Of a DNA stretch of 64,000 nt, positions 1-9,558 are shown one piece after another; position 1 is the first letter of the stretch; every line of letters starts with the position of its first letter. The stretch comes from Candidatus Saccharimonadia bacterium (GTDB lineage: Bacteria > Patescibacteriota > Saccharimonadia > UBA4664). Location of the stretch: contig JBGTMQ010000017.1 in NCBI GenBank assembly GCA_041743505.1, positions 15,680 to 79,679 on the forward strand, in the 5' to 3' direction. The notes below the pieces were generated by a model. That model was not told the origin of the DNA. It saw only the letters and a list, made by a program, of their open reading frames with translations, and did not search any database. A program made the position numbers and the translations under genes.

Positions 1-184
1 GATGCAGTAGCACCATTAGCTCGTATGTCTTTTGCATCGCTTCCTTTCTATGGAAACCCCGGGGCTCCCGGGATTGCGGCCCGGAAGTACCCGGGGCGCA
101 AAAAGGTTAATGATTGGTAAACCTGGCAATTATAATCTTTTTAGGCCGTTTGGTCAATCTGAGCGCCAAAGGTACAATACGTGC

Positions 185-715
185 ATGTACTCCCTAGCCA
201 GCAAACTTGCTTCTCTACCCATTGTTAGCCTCCAAACCGGCGAAGCAGTGGCGTCGGTAATACGGGCCGTAATTGATAGCTCTAATCTCGAAGTTATTGC
301 CTATCTCTGCGAAGTACCTAAGCAAGCTGAGCTGCTTACCCTTATAACCCAGGACATCCGTCAAATAACCCCTGATTGTTTTATTATCGACTCCGAAGAC
401 GAGTTAGCCGAAACCGGTGATATCGTGCGTATCCGGCATCTGTTGGAACAAAACTACACGCCACTCGGAAAACTGGTCGTGACCGACCTCAACCGGCACC
501 TCGGCCGCATCGACGACTACACCATCAACTTAGATAGCCACCGGATTCAAAAGCTATATGTCCGGCCATCACTGCTACGGTTCTGGCTAGGGGCCACTGT
601 CATCGTCGACCGCACTCAAATTATCGATGTCACGCCCCGTCAAATCGTTGTACGCGACACAGCCGTAACAGCCTCGCTAATGCCCACTGAACCAACCCCC
701 GAAACAAACCCTTGA
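185..715 (+). CDS. PRC-barrel-like domain protein (hypothetical); six-frame ORF begins at 32 but the likely start is Met at 185
   Basis: ORF 32..715; N-terminal 50 aa are Arg/Gly-rich and atypical; the body has two PRC-barrel-like repeats (weak recall of the family). Confidence 0.4.
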   Translation: MYSLASKLASLPIVSLQTGEAVASVIRAVIDSSNLEVIAYLCEVPKQAELLTLITQDIRQITPDCFIIDSEDELAETGDIVRIRHLLEQNYTPLGKLVVTDLNRHLGRIDDYTINLDSHRIQKLYVRPSLLRFWLGATVIVDRTQIIDVTPRQIVVRDTAVTASLMPTEPTPETNP

Positions 716-824
716 ACCTTCTTACTACTTACGCTAAGCTGTAGCTAATAAGAGGGCGAAAAGTGGTAGTAATACTCCTGTTCGCGGTAGCATTCGTTGT
801 AGCATATCGTCTCGTTACCGCTAA

Positions 825-1436
825 CTAATTATCAAGGCGCCCCAGCGCCTTTTTAATTTGGTCATAAGTAAAACCCTGTCGCGACAAATATTGCATAAGC
901 CTAGTATTGTCTTGGTACTGCGATAACTTACGCCGACGGTTAATGATATCCTCTAGCATCTGCTCTTGAGCTTCCTCACCTAGTTCATCCAGTGCATCAG
1001 TCACCGTTTGCCGGTCTAGTCCTTTTTGGAACAACTCCTGCTCCAGCACGTAACGGCTACGAGGACGTGTGGCCTGACGGCTAGCTATCCAGCTGGCCGC
1101 AAACGCCGCATCATCCACCAAACCATGCTCGGTCAAACGGGCTATGACCGGCTCAATGATCTCCGCCCGATAACCCTTGTTAGTCAAATGGTTCACCACC
1201 TCCCGCCGGCTCCGCGGGCGGTGCCCCAAAAACCTCAAAGCCAGATTGTAAGCACTGCTCGCAGACGACTGTCCCTGCCAACCATTCACTTCATCGGGCG
1301 TTAGCTCCCGGCCAATCCGCAACTCGCTGCCCGATAATTCCAGATCGGACAGCGAGAATGCGTATACGTTATCGAGATAGACCGAGTAGCTACCAGGAGT
1401 CCGTTTCTGCTGCCGGATGTCGGTAATAACCGCCAC
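825..1436 (-). CDS. recX: recombination regulator RecX
   Basis: 203-aa protein with RecX-like three-helical-repeat composition; immediately downstream of recA on the same strand (conserved recA-recX synteny). Confidence 0.75.
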   Translation of the reverse strand: MAVITDIRQQKRTPGSYSVYLDNVYAFSLSDLELSGSELRIGRELTPDEVNGWQGQSSASSAYNLALRFLGHRPRSRREVVNHLTNKGYRAEIIEPVIARLTEHGLVDDAAFAASWIASRQATRPRSRYVLEQELFQKGLDRQTVTDALDELGEEAQEQMLEDIINRRRKLSQYQDNTRLMQYLSRQGFTYDQIKKALGRLDN

Positions 1437-1445
1437 GGCCCAGGC

Positions 1446-2531
<1,086 letters not shown>

Positions 2532-2574
2532 CCCGTTACGCTATTACTACAAGATAGTAACCGAACAGAAACCG

Positions 2575-2594
2575 TACTGTCAACTCCCCGGTAA
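2575..2594 (-). promoter_or_regulatory. recA promoter -35 region (cggggagTTGACAgtacgg on the minus strand), 17-nt spacer to a TTACTA -10 that overlaps a TTACTA-N5-TAGTAA palindrome
   Basis: TTGACA hexamer about 45 nt upstream of the recA start; the same 37-nt segment recurs at 4846-4882. Confidence 0.45.
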
Positions 2595-2648
2595 TTATCC
2601 CCTAGATACATAACACTTACCCTTACTCCCAACTGCTATAATTGGGCC

Positions 2649-2807
2649 ATGAGTGACATAGCCAAAAAGCCGGTTAAACCGGCTCAAGAAAAGCGCCCGC
2701 TAGGCTGGTCTGACCGCCCAGAGCGGGACAAGCTACCCCAAGACCGGGAGGATGCGAGGGAGTCTTTTGACGCGCTGTTGGATAAGGTGAGCAAACCCAA
2801 GAAATAA
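2649..2807 (+). CDS. candidate small ORF (52 aa, MSDIAKKPVKPAQEKRPLGWSDRPERDKLPQDREDARESFDALLDKVSKPKK), divergent from recA
   Basis: Clean ATG-to-TAA frame in the recA upstream gap; below the 60-aa cutoff of the ORF track; no RBS or homology support. Confidence 0.2.
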   Translation: MSDIAKKPVKPAQEKRPLGWSDRPERDKLPQDREDARESFDALLDKVSKPKK

Positions 2808-3016
2808 GCATTGGCAGTCTCTTGACCCGATTGCTAAAAGCGGCTATGCTCCAGGTAAGTCGTCGTGCCGGTTTGTCCCAGCACACGGCCCACGGTCAAC
2901 TAGCCGTGAGTAAAATCAAAGCCTTTAGGTAAGTTTGGGCGGGCTGGCGCTGCCAGTCGTTAAAAACTAGACCCGCACGGCGGTACGCGCCACCTTCCGA
3001 CAGTCACACTGGCGGG

Positions 3017-3205
3017 GTGGAGGGTAAAGGTTTGGGATACATTATTTTCCGACCCAACAGCAACCCCCAGCCGCGACGTAAAACTCCGGCCGAGAAAGAG
3101 CTGGAGGAGCAGCAACAAGCTGCTACGCTCGCCTATGTCCGGGAGCATTTTCAAAAGCTCCAACTACAAAAGGCTGACAACCATAAAGGTCGCAGCCCAG
3201 AGTAG
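3017..3205 (+). CDS. hypothetical small basic protein (62 aa)
   Basis: ORF followed 10 nt later by a clean intrinsic terminator hairpin. Confidence 0.3.
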   Translation: MEGKGLGYIIFRPNSNPQPRRKTPAEKELEEQQQAATLAYVREHFQKLQLQKADNHKGRSPE

Positions 3206-3215
3206 TGTCCCAGCA

Positions 3216-3244
3216 AACAGCACCTTCGGGTGCTGTTCCTTGTT
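3216..3244 (+). terminator. rho-independent terminator (AACAGCACC-TTCG-GGTGCTGTT then CCTTGTT)
   Basis: Perfect 9-bp stem with tetraloop followed by a T-rich run. Confidence 0.5.
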
Positions 3245-3296
3245 AAAAGACTATACCGCGTGCGCTTATTCGTCAATAGCACAAGCGTTATGCCTC

Positions 3297-3608
3297 TTAT
3301 GCTACTCTTTTTAGCAACAGTTCGAACATCGGCTCGTGACTCTTACGGTTCGAGTACCGCCAAGCGTATTCAGCCGCGTACAGGGGTAAATATCGCTTAT
3401 CGACATGCCGGTACACGGTAGTAATTCCATTCTTCAAAATAGACCAAAAGCCCTCTATGGTGTTGGTGTGGATCTCGCCCATAGTATAACGCTCAGAGTG
3501 GTTAATAGCGCTGTGTGGATAGCCGAGACGCGGCAAGACCTTATAAGCCAGCAATTGATCACTCATAACCCTAGAACCGCGTGAGACGTTAGCCTGGACG
3601 TGCGGCAT
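3297..3608 (-). pseudogene. IS1595-family (ISXO2-like DDE) transposase, C-terminal fragment only
   Basis: HTNTIEGFWSILKNGI...VYRHV...YLPLYAAEYAWRYSNR matches the conserved C-terminal block of IS1595 transposases; no N-terminal zinc-ribbon or DDE-N half is present upstream. Confidence 0.6.
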
Positions 3609-3749
3609 CAGCTCTGGCGCCGTAACGTGATCGACAACCGCTGTTCGAACTCGCCCAACCAGCGCTACGGCAGCATAGAAAATAAGCTGACCCTTACCGA
3701 AAACTAGAGCTGCAATCAGCCAATATGGTGACTTGAGCGGTGAGTGCGA

Positions 3750-4133
3750 TTAAGAATGTTTTTTTGAATGAAACCATTTCTTGCCAAGCACAACCCCGTA
3801 GGCGGTGAGTAAACTTATTAGAACAATGTCAAAAAATCGAATGTGGTTCCAATAATCAGTTGGCATAAAGCTTGCAAGAGTCCAGTTGGTAAATCGGATA
3901 TGCGCCATAATCAGGTAGTAAGAAGCGAGGCTGAATGCGATCCAAGCTAGCGGCGTGAACCACACTCTAATGTAGCCACGTTTGTAGACCTGTCGAGTGA
4001 TGTATAGCCCGGCCACTATCGCAGTGGCGTCGTGAAGTATGTACTGTCCGTGAACAAATACTAAGGCAGCTATCAGCCAATACGCTGTCTGGGCTATAAG
4101 CGCGATCAAGAATGTTTTTTTAAATGTGGTCAT
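3750..4133 (-). CDS. small polytopic membrane protein (about 4 TM), candidate immunity or partner of the upstream secreted protein
   Basis: 127-aa hydrophobic ORF directly downstream of and co-directional with the secreted Cys-rich protein; its N-terminal 20 codons are duplicated as a truncated copy at 3720-3777. Confidence 0.5.
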   Translation of the reverse strand: MTTFKKTFLIALIAQTAYWLIAALVFVHGQYILHDATAIVAGLYITRQVYKRGYIRVWFTPLAWIAFSLASYYLIMAHIRFTNWTLASFMPTDYWNHIRFFDIVLISLLTAYGVVLGKKWFHSKKHS

Positions 4134-4202
4134 AATAATTGCTTTATTTGGCGACGGAGGTTGGTAAGCCCTCCGCCGCCATATGTTACTACCGCGTTGC
4201 CG

Positions 4203-4658
4203 CTACCAGCCGCCACCACCGTTGCCGGGTGCCCCGCACTTCCAGTTATAGGCATTCCACATGGGTGCGTAGTAGTTACTTACGTATGCTTTGGTGCCCG
4301 GATGATAGGTAGAGCAATAGAGTTGCGTGTCAACGCCGCCGATGATCTGCCATTCACTACCCCATTCGGCAGAGGCCGTGAGAGACTTATCGGTGCTGGC
4401 AGAAAAGCTGCCACCTGTACTGTCGCTTATTTTACGCTTGCAGTACCAAGTATAAGGGTTGGCCGGATCTTGATACCAAGCATCCATTGTTTGGTGGAGG
4501 CCGCCGTACTTGAGATGACAGGCACTTGCCATGTTAATCCCGTAGCCGCCATCAGCGGCGCTGGCCGCTGTCGCATTCACAGCCATGGTGCCGAAACTCA
4601 CCCCAACGAGGGTGGCGAGAACGGCGAGAAACCTTACAAACCGCTTGGTGACAGACAT
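4203..4658 (-). CDS. secreted cysteine-rich small protein (signal peptide, 4 Cys, C-terminal GGGGW), bacteriocin-like or toxin-like candidate
   Basis: N-terminal signal peptide ending in ASA-A; mature part about 115 aa, Trp/Tyr/Cys-rich; no recognisable family. Confidence 0.5.
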   Translation of the reverse strand: MSVTKRFVRFLAVLATLVGVSFGTMAVNATAASAADGGYGINMASACHLKYGGLHQTMDAWYQDPANPYTWYCKRKISDSTGGSFSASTDKSLTASAEWGSEWQIIGGVDTQLYCSTYHPGTKAYVSNYYAPMWNAYNWKCGAPGNGGGGW

Positions 4659-4848
4659 GCCACAACCTTTCGGGTCTGGGATTGGATGTAAAGAAGGACG
4701 CTCAATTGTCTTGGGGGACGGTCGAATTGAGTTAGCCAGAAGTTACCATATGACTGACAAGGATGCAAATTTGCGGCTCTGGTTTGGCATTTATGGCCAG
4801 GCGGTTTGCGTGCCCATCGAAAACCTACCCGTTAAGAACCGATCAAAA

Positions 4849-4867
4849 GCCGTACTGTCAACTCCCC
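4849..4867 (-). promoter_or_regulatory. copy of the recA -35/spacer promoter segment (cggggagTTGACAgtacgg), driving the 4658..3750 operon
   Basis: 37-nt near-identity to the recA upstream segment at 2558-2594; about 190 nt upstream of the secreted-protein start. Confidence 0.45.
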
Positions 4868-6705
4868 GTAACTGCCTGCCTCAATGCCGCCCGAATATCC
4901 CCCTGACCCAACACATGAAGCGACGTCATAGCCCGCGTCAACGCCACATACAACTGATCCTGATTAAGCCGCCGCCGCTCCGCCGCCACAGTCACAGATT
5001 CCTCTGGCACCGCAAACGTGTCAGCCTCAATGCCTACCAAGCAAACCGTATCAAACTCCACTCCCTGAGCCTCACGGATTGTCAGGCAATGAACTCCCGG
5101 CCGACCCGCCAACCCCGTCGCATAGGCCTCTATCGTATCCACGTCCTTGGCCAGCACCCCGATAGTACCCCCAGCCGGCACCTCCAATTGCTTAATGTAC
5201 GAAATCGCCGCCACCTCATCAGTCGCCAATTCCACCACCTCCGGGCCTTCGCTCAAACCCTCCGGCAACTCCACGTCATACCCCAACTCGCGAATATACG
5301 CCAAGATCTGCTTCGTATTGCGATAAACCTTATGTAACTTAATGTGCCGCTCAGCCGCAATCGTCTCACCAATCTCCCGCCAATCACGAATCGTCCCAAA
5401 TTGCGTCTGCTGAGCCAAATCACCAATATAGAGCATGGCTTCAGTCCGGCCGCTTACAGCACCTCGCATCAGCCGCAACTGCTCCGGCAGGTAATTCTGA
5501 AATTCATCCACCAGCACCAACGAATAGTTAAGCGGCTGCATGGTCACCTTGGTCCGAACTTTGCCGCCCGGCAAGAAAGTGTAGCTCTCCACACCGGCCA
5601 TCAACCGTCCCTCAGTCCGCTGCTTAGCCACCAGCAACATTGTCAAATCATGGCGGTCAAGCGCCCCTTCCCCCAGCTCGCTTGCCAGCATCTTCAACTG
5701 CCCATGCGCCAGATAGGCCGCATAAGCCGCCTTCAAAAACTGATCCGGCCGCTTGGCGTCAAACCGCGCCTCCAGTGGCTCATGAAGTGCCTTCAGTTTG
5801 GCCGCTTCATAGGCGTCCTGCTCAACTTCATTAGCCCCGGGTCGGACCCGAAAAAAGTAGGCCCTCAGCCCCAGCCGCTCCAACGCCCATTCCGCAAAGG
5901 TAGTTATCCGCACGTCATGAATACCCAGTTCCGGTAGCAAGGTAGAGAAATACTCCTGCGTCCGCCCGTCCTGAACAAATACCATAATCGCCTCAGCCGG
6001 ATAAAGGTCGGTTGTCTCTGGCGCTTGGCGAAGATAGGCAATGCGGTGCAGCGCCAACGTGGTCTTACCGGAGCCGGCCGGCCCGGAAATCACCAACGGC
6101 CCCCGGTGATCCGCCCGGATAACCTGGTCCTGGGCCTTTTCCATCTGGGCCACAATCTCCGGCAGCACAAAGCCTTCTTTGTGAGTCGAAAAGTGGTCTT
6201 GATAAATCAGTTCCCGGGCATCATCCTCCGACTCGCTAGTCATAAACCGGATCTCGCCGCTGGTAATCATAAACTGGTCCCGCCGCTGCAACCGCCCCGA
6301 CACCTGCCGCCCATCCGGCGCAGCGTAGCTAACCTCTCCCGGCTCCTCAAACCGCACCCGCGCCACCGGCGCCGCCCACGAATAAATACCGTGCTCACTA
6401 GCCGGAAATTTGGCAAAATAATAAGCCTGTGCCGGCCGGCCGGGCAGCTCCAAATCACACCGGGCAAAGTATGGCGATGGCGCTAAGGCCTGAAGCTGCT
6501 GCTTCATCATCGTCGTATTTGTGCCCACCGCCAAAGCCCGCAGCCGGTCCTCATACTCGGTATCCCCCTCAATTTCCTTGAAGGCCTCCCAATCCCGCTC
6601 CAAAGTCGTCATCACCTCACCCAGCCGCACGTCCAACTGCCGCCGGGTCTCCGTCAAGTGCTCTTTAGCTTCACCTAGAAGCTGCTCCTTGTGGGTTCGG
6701 TCCAT
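4858..6705 (-). CDS. UvrD/HelD-like superfamily-1 DNA helicase
   Basis: Walker A GPAGSGKTT, VDEFQN (motif II), UvrD_C-like GVEFDTVCLV; N-terminal accessory domain of about 190 aa as in HelD. Confidence 0.7.
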   Translation of the reverse strand: MDRTHKEQLLGEAKEHLTETRRQLDVRLGEVMTTLERDWEAFKEIEGDTEYEDRLRALAVGTNTTMMKQQLQALAPSPYFARCDLELPGRPAQAYYFAKFPASEHGIYSWAAPVARVRFEEPGEVSYAAPDGRQVSGRLQRRDQFMITSGEIRFMTSESEDDARELIYQDHFSTHKEGFVLPEIVAQMEKAQDQVIRADHRGPLVISGPAGSGKTTLALHRIAYLRQAPETTDLYPAEAIMVFVQDGRTQEYFSTLLPELGIHDVRITTFAEWALERLGLRAYFFRVRPGANEVEQDAYEAAKLKALHEPLEARFDAKRPDQFLKAAYAAYLAHGQLKMLASELGEGALDRHDLTMLLVAKQRTEGRLMAGVESYTFLPGGKVRTKVTMQPLNYSLVLVDEFQNYLPEQLRLMRGAVSGRTEAMLYIGDLAQQTQFGTIRDWREIGETIAAERHIKLHKVYRNTKQILAYIRELGYDVELPEGLSEGPEVVELATDEVAAISYIKQLEVPAGGTIGVLAKDVDTIEAYATGLAGRPGVHCLTIREAQGVEFDTVCLVGIEADTFAVPEESVTVAAERRRLNQDQLYVALTRAMTSLHVLGQGDIRAALRQAVTGS

Positions 6706-6716
6706 TGAGCTCCCTG

Positions 6717-7220
6717 CTACCGATAGTTCTGGAAATCCAACGGAAAATCCAAATCTTTACCCTTCAACAATGTCATAACTCCTTGCAAATCATCCTTGCT
6801 AGCCGAGGTCACCCGCACACTGTCACCCTGAATCTGCGTTTTTACCTTGGGATAACTATCCCGAATCGCCTTGGTCAGCTGCTTGGCCTTATCCTGATCC
6901 AATCCTTTCTTAAACGGCACCGTCCAGCGCATTTCCTTGCCACCCTCAACCGGACTCCCGCTCGTATCCAACGTCTTGAGCGACACCCCACGCTTCACCA
7001 GCTTGCTCTGCAACACGTCTAAAATAGCATCGAGCTGGTTTTGGCTCTCCCCCGCGATCAACACGCCGGTCTTGCCGTCCACAAACTCCAATTTGGCCGC
7101 CGTGCCCTTAAAATCGTACCGCGTACTAATCTCGCGCTGCGCCTGGTCAACCGCATTGGTCATCTCAGCCACATCGTAGTCACTAACGACATCAAATGAA
7201 AAATCTTTCGCCATTATCAT
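6717..7220 (-). CDS. yajQ: YajQ-family nucleotide-binding protein (UPF0234/DUF520)
   Basis: About 165 aa; FDVVSDYD...EMTNAVDQAQREISTRYDFKG signature typical of YajQ. Confidence 0.75.
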   Translation of the reverse strand: MIMAKDFSFDVVSDYDVAEMTNAVDQAQREISTRYDFKGTAAKLEFVDGKTGVLIAGESQNQLDAILDVLQSKLVKRGVSLKTLDTSGSPVEGGKEMRWTVPFKKGLDQDKAKQLTKAIRDSYPKVKTQIQGDSVRVTSASKDDLQGVMTLLKGKDLDFPLDFQNYR

Positions 7221-7362
7221 GCCTCCTTGTCGGTTCTTAGTTTATACGAGTTTCGTACTTTGATGTAGCCCAAGAAAGAACGAGCACCGCAGGGAGGTCG
7301 CGTAGCGACAAAGCGGAGCGCAAGTTATGACGCCGGGATATGCGAAGCACGAAACTCGTAGT

Positions 7363-8421
7363 TTACGGAATAACGGTGTCCTTGGCAAAAGCCTGATTGC
7401 GCCGGATCTCACCTTCTCCACCCAGCGCATCAATTTTCTTGCCCGCCACCACTGCATTAGTAATAGTCAAGCTTGTCGCACCTGCATTACCAGTCGTGAT
7501 ACTAACGTCCTTCGTAGCCATGAATAACCTGCTCCACCCGGCTACCGTTGTACCACGCCAAACTTCCTTACCATCAGCCACAACCACCACCGACGTAGTC
7601 TCCTTGACCTTAACAGCCATGGCAATGCCATCGAATGGCGCCGGAGGCACTGCCGCTGCAGCCGGGTCAACCTTGGGCAAATGCGCCAGAATGTTACGCG
7701 TCACCGCCGAAGTCTTGCCCAGCTTACTCCGCGACACCACATGCACCGCATTCACGCCGTCTTGCAATGCCACCTTCTCGCTAAAACCCCCGTTCGTATC
7801 CGTCAGCACCGGCGAATCATTGATAGTTACATCAGATCCCGGCGTGGTCTTACCGCTCAAATCAATAACACCACCCGTAATAGTCGTGTCACCCGAGGGG
7901 TTATTAACGCTCAACATTGGCGCCGCCGCCAGAGCCGAAAATTGCCATAACAAGTAGGCCAAAACCGCCACAATAACCGCCACAACAGTAATAGCCGCCA
8001 CAATCGGACCGGTAAATACCAGCCGTTTAGGCCGCTCCAGCTGTGGCTGCTTAGTTGGACCGGTCTCCAACCCGCCGCGCTCCGCCACATACATCGCCGC
8101 AACCAATGCCCCATCCAGGCCCAAATGGTTAGCGTAATGCTGCACAAACCCGCGCGTATAAATATCATGCGGCAAGCTCGAGTAATCACCCGATTCCAAA
8201 GCCGTCAAAAACTTGCCACGAATCTTCGTATCCAGCTCCACCTGGGCCAAACTCAGCCGCAAGGCCTGCCGCCGGCTCTTTAACTGCTGGCCAACGGGAC
8301 TATTAGGCTTAATCTTAGCGTCTTCGGACATAATCTCATTGTACAGGTTTGAGTACACAGATCGAACCCGTCGCCCATCTGGCGCTACCAAGACAAAAAA
8401 ATGCTTACCGTTTTTTGCCAA
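7363..8421 (-). CDS. RodZ-like membrane protein (XRE-type HTH, TM, C-terminal DUF4115-like)
   Basis: HTH segment QQLKSRRQALRLSLAQVELDTKIRGKFLTALE, single TM, Ser/Thr/Gly-rich C-terminal domain; the real start may be the internal MSEDAK. Confidence 0.55.
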   Translation of the reverse strand: MAKNGKHFFVLVAPDGRRVRSVYSNLYNEIMSEDAKIKPNSPVGQQLKSRRQALRLSLAQVELDTKIRGKFLTALESGDYSSLPHDIYTRGFVQHYANHLGLDGALVAAMYVAERGGLETGPTKQPQLERPKRLVFTGPIVAAITVVAVIVAVLAYLLWQFSALAAAPMLSVNNPSGDTTITGGVIDLSGKTTPGSDVTINDSPVLTDTNGGFSEKVALQDGVNAVHVVSRSKLGKTSAVTRNILAHLPKVDPAAAAVPPAPFDGIAMAVKVKETTSVVVVADGKEVWRGTTVAGWSRLFMATKDVSITTGNAGATSLTITNAVVAGKKIDALGGEGEIRRNQAFAKDTVIP

Positions 8422-8496
8422 AAAAAGCGTATAAAACCTTTGTAAGCAGCGAAGTCAACAGAAAAAGTGTTAGCCCCTTGGACTTAAGTTTATACG

Positions 8497-8922
8497 TTAT
8501 CGACGCCAATTGCGTTTTAGTTCGCGGATATATACAGCCGCGATAATAGCAGCGGCAAGGTAGATTGTAATTATCATAATAATGGGGATATCATTGCCAT
8601 GATAAACGTATGCTCTCAGCACCATTGGAATAATGAGAGCGACAATCAAGGGAAAAACGACTATCGAAGCCATAAGAGCAAGCAAGTTCTTCCTATAAAT
8701 TCCTATAATAATTATGGAGAGAAAAACACTAACGCTCATAGTCATTAGTAAAAGCAGAATAGGAAGACCAGTTTCAAAATTACCGGAAAGTCCATACGCT
8801 ACTATGGGCAAAAATATAAAAGCTACTACTATCAAAAACGCCCAGATAATGATCGGAGCTGATAGTAGACAAGTCAGAATAAAAACAGGGGTTAGCCCCT
8901 TAGCCGTAGGCTTCATATACAT
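8497..8922 (-). CDS. hypothetical polytopic membrane protein (AT-rich gene)
   Basis: 141-aa, Ile/Leu-rich with 4 predicted TM; GC content far below its neighbours. Confidence 0.4.
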   Translation of the reverse strand: MYMKPTAKGLTPVFILTCLLSAPIIIWAFLIVVAFIFLPIVAYGLSGNFETGLPILLLLMTMSVSVFLSIIIIGIYRKNLLALMASIVVFPLIVALIIPMVLRAYVYHGNDIPIIMIITIYLAAAIIAAVYIRELKRNWRR

Positions 8923-8971
8923 AGCATACCATCATAAACATGCCTGAGTAAGCTCAAAATCAGCACAGATA

Positions 8972-9000
8972 TTTACAAAGCAGCAACAATATGCTATAAT
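8972..9000 (+). promoter_or_regulatory. sigma70-type promoter TTTACA-17-TATAAT
   Basis: Consensus-like hexamers with 17-nt spacing about 85 nt upstream of the 9085 start. Confidence 0.5.
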
Positions 9001-9084
9001 TAAATATTAGTGCAGAAAGAGCTCCCTATGGACTCTTTGTTTTTCTGCCTGCTCATCGACATCCACAGGGAGGACTGGTCATCC

Positions 9085-9558
9085 ATGTCCAGACGAACAA
9101 AGATGTGGGGTTCGCTTTTGCTGGTAGCAGTAATCGCTTTAGCAGGCTTTTTTCTACTCCCTCGCAACAGCGAAACTGTCGCCCCAGCTCATGGCAGCGG
9201 TACCGTAGCAGGTGCATCACCTGCTGAACAGATGCCGCCAACCAACATCCAAGCTCTTCAGCAAGCTATCAATAGCAGCGACGTGGGGACTCAGGCCGGG
9301 ACTCTGGCAAGCACTACCCGCTCTGACTTCCTGCAGCAGAACCAGCTGATGCTACCACCAGGCATTACCGTTCGAATCCTAGCGGGTCAAGCAGAGAACT
9401 CCGTCGTCACCCAGAACACATTCTTGGCAGATGGCGATAACGGTCAAGTTACCGCTGAAGCGTTAGACCAGGACCGCCGCGTTGTACAACACTATGTCCT
9501 GCGCCTCGTCCGTGAAAACGGTGCCTGGCTCATTCTCTACACAGAGGAGACGAAATGA
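9085..9558 (+). CDS. hypothetical membrane-anchored protein (N-terminal TM)
   Basis: GGGAGG RBS 11 nt upstream of ATG 9085; stop overlaps the start of the next gene (ATGA). Confidence 0.45.
   Translation: MSRRTKMWGSLLLVAVIALAGFFLLPRNSETVAPAHGSGTVAGASPAEQMPPTNIQALQQAINSSDVGTQAGTLASTTRSDFLQQNQLMLPPGITVRILAGQAENSVVTQNTFLADGDNGQVTAEALDQDRRVVQHYVLRLVRENGAWLILYTEETK

Noticed and set aside
715-825. TTACTAC...GTAGTAA inverted repeat with 36-nt spacer between the convergent genes
   Set aside because: The arms are only 7 bp and there is no U-run. This is probably a weak terminator or chance occurrence. It superficially resembles the recA-box half-sites, but the spacing is incompatible with a dimeric repressor site.
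3330-3420. GGTTCGAGT T-loop-like string, suggesting a possible tRNA
   Set aside because: No acceptor or anticodon stems can be drawn, and it lies inside the IS1595 transposase fragment reading frame.
5344-6486. + strand ORFs of 197 aa and 153 aa
   Set aside because: They lie antisense inside the UvrD/HelD-like helicase gene.
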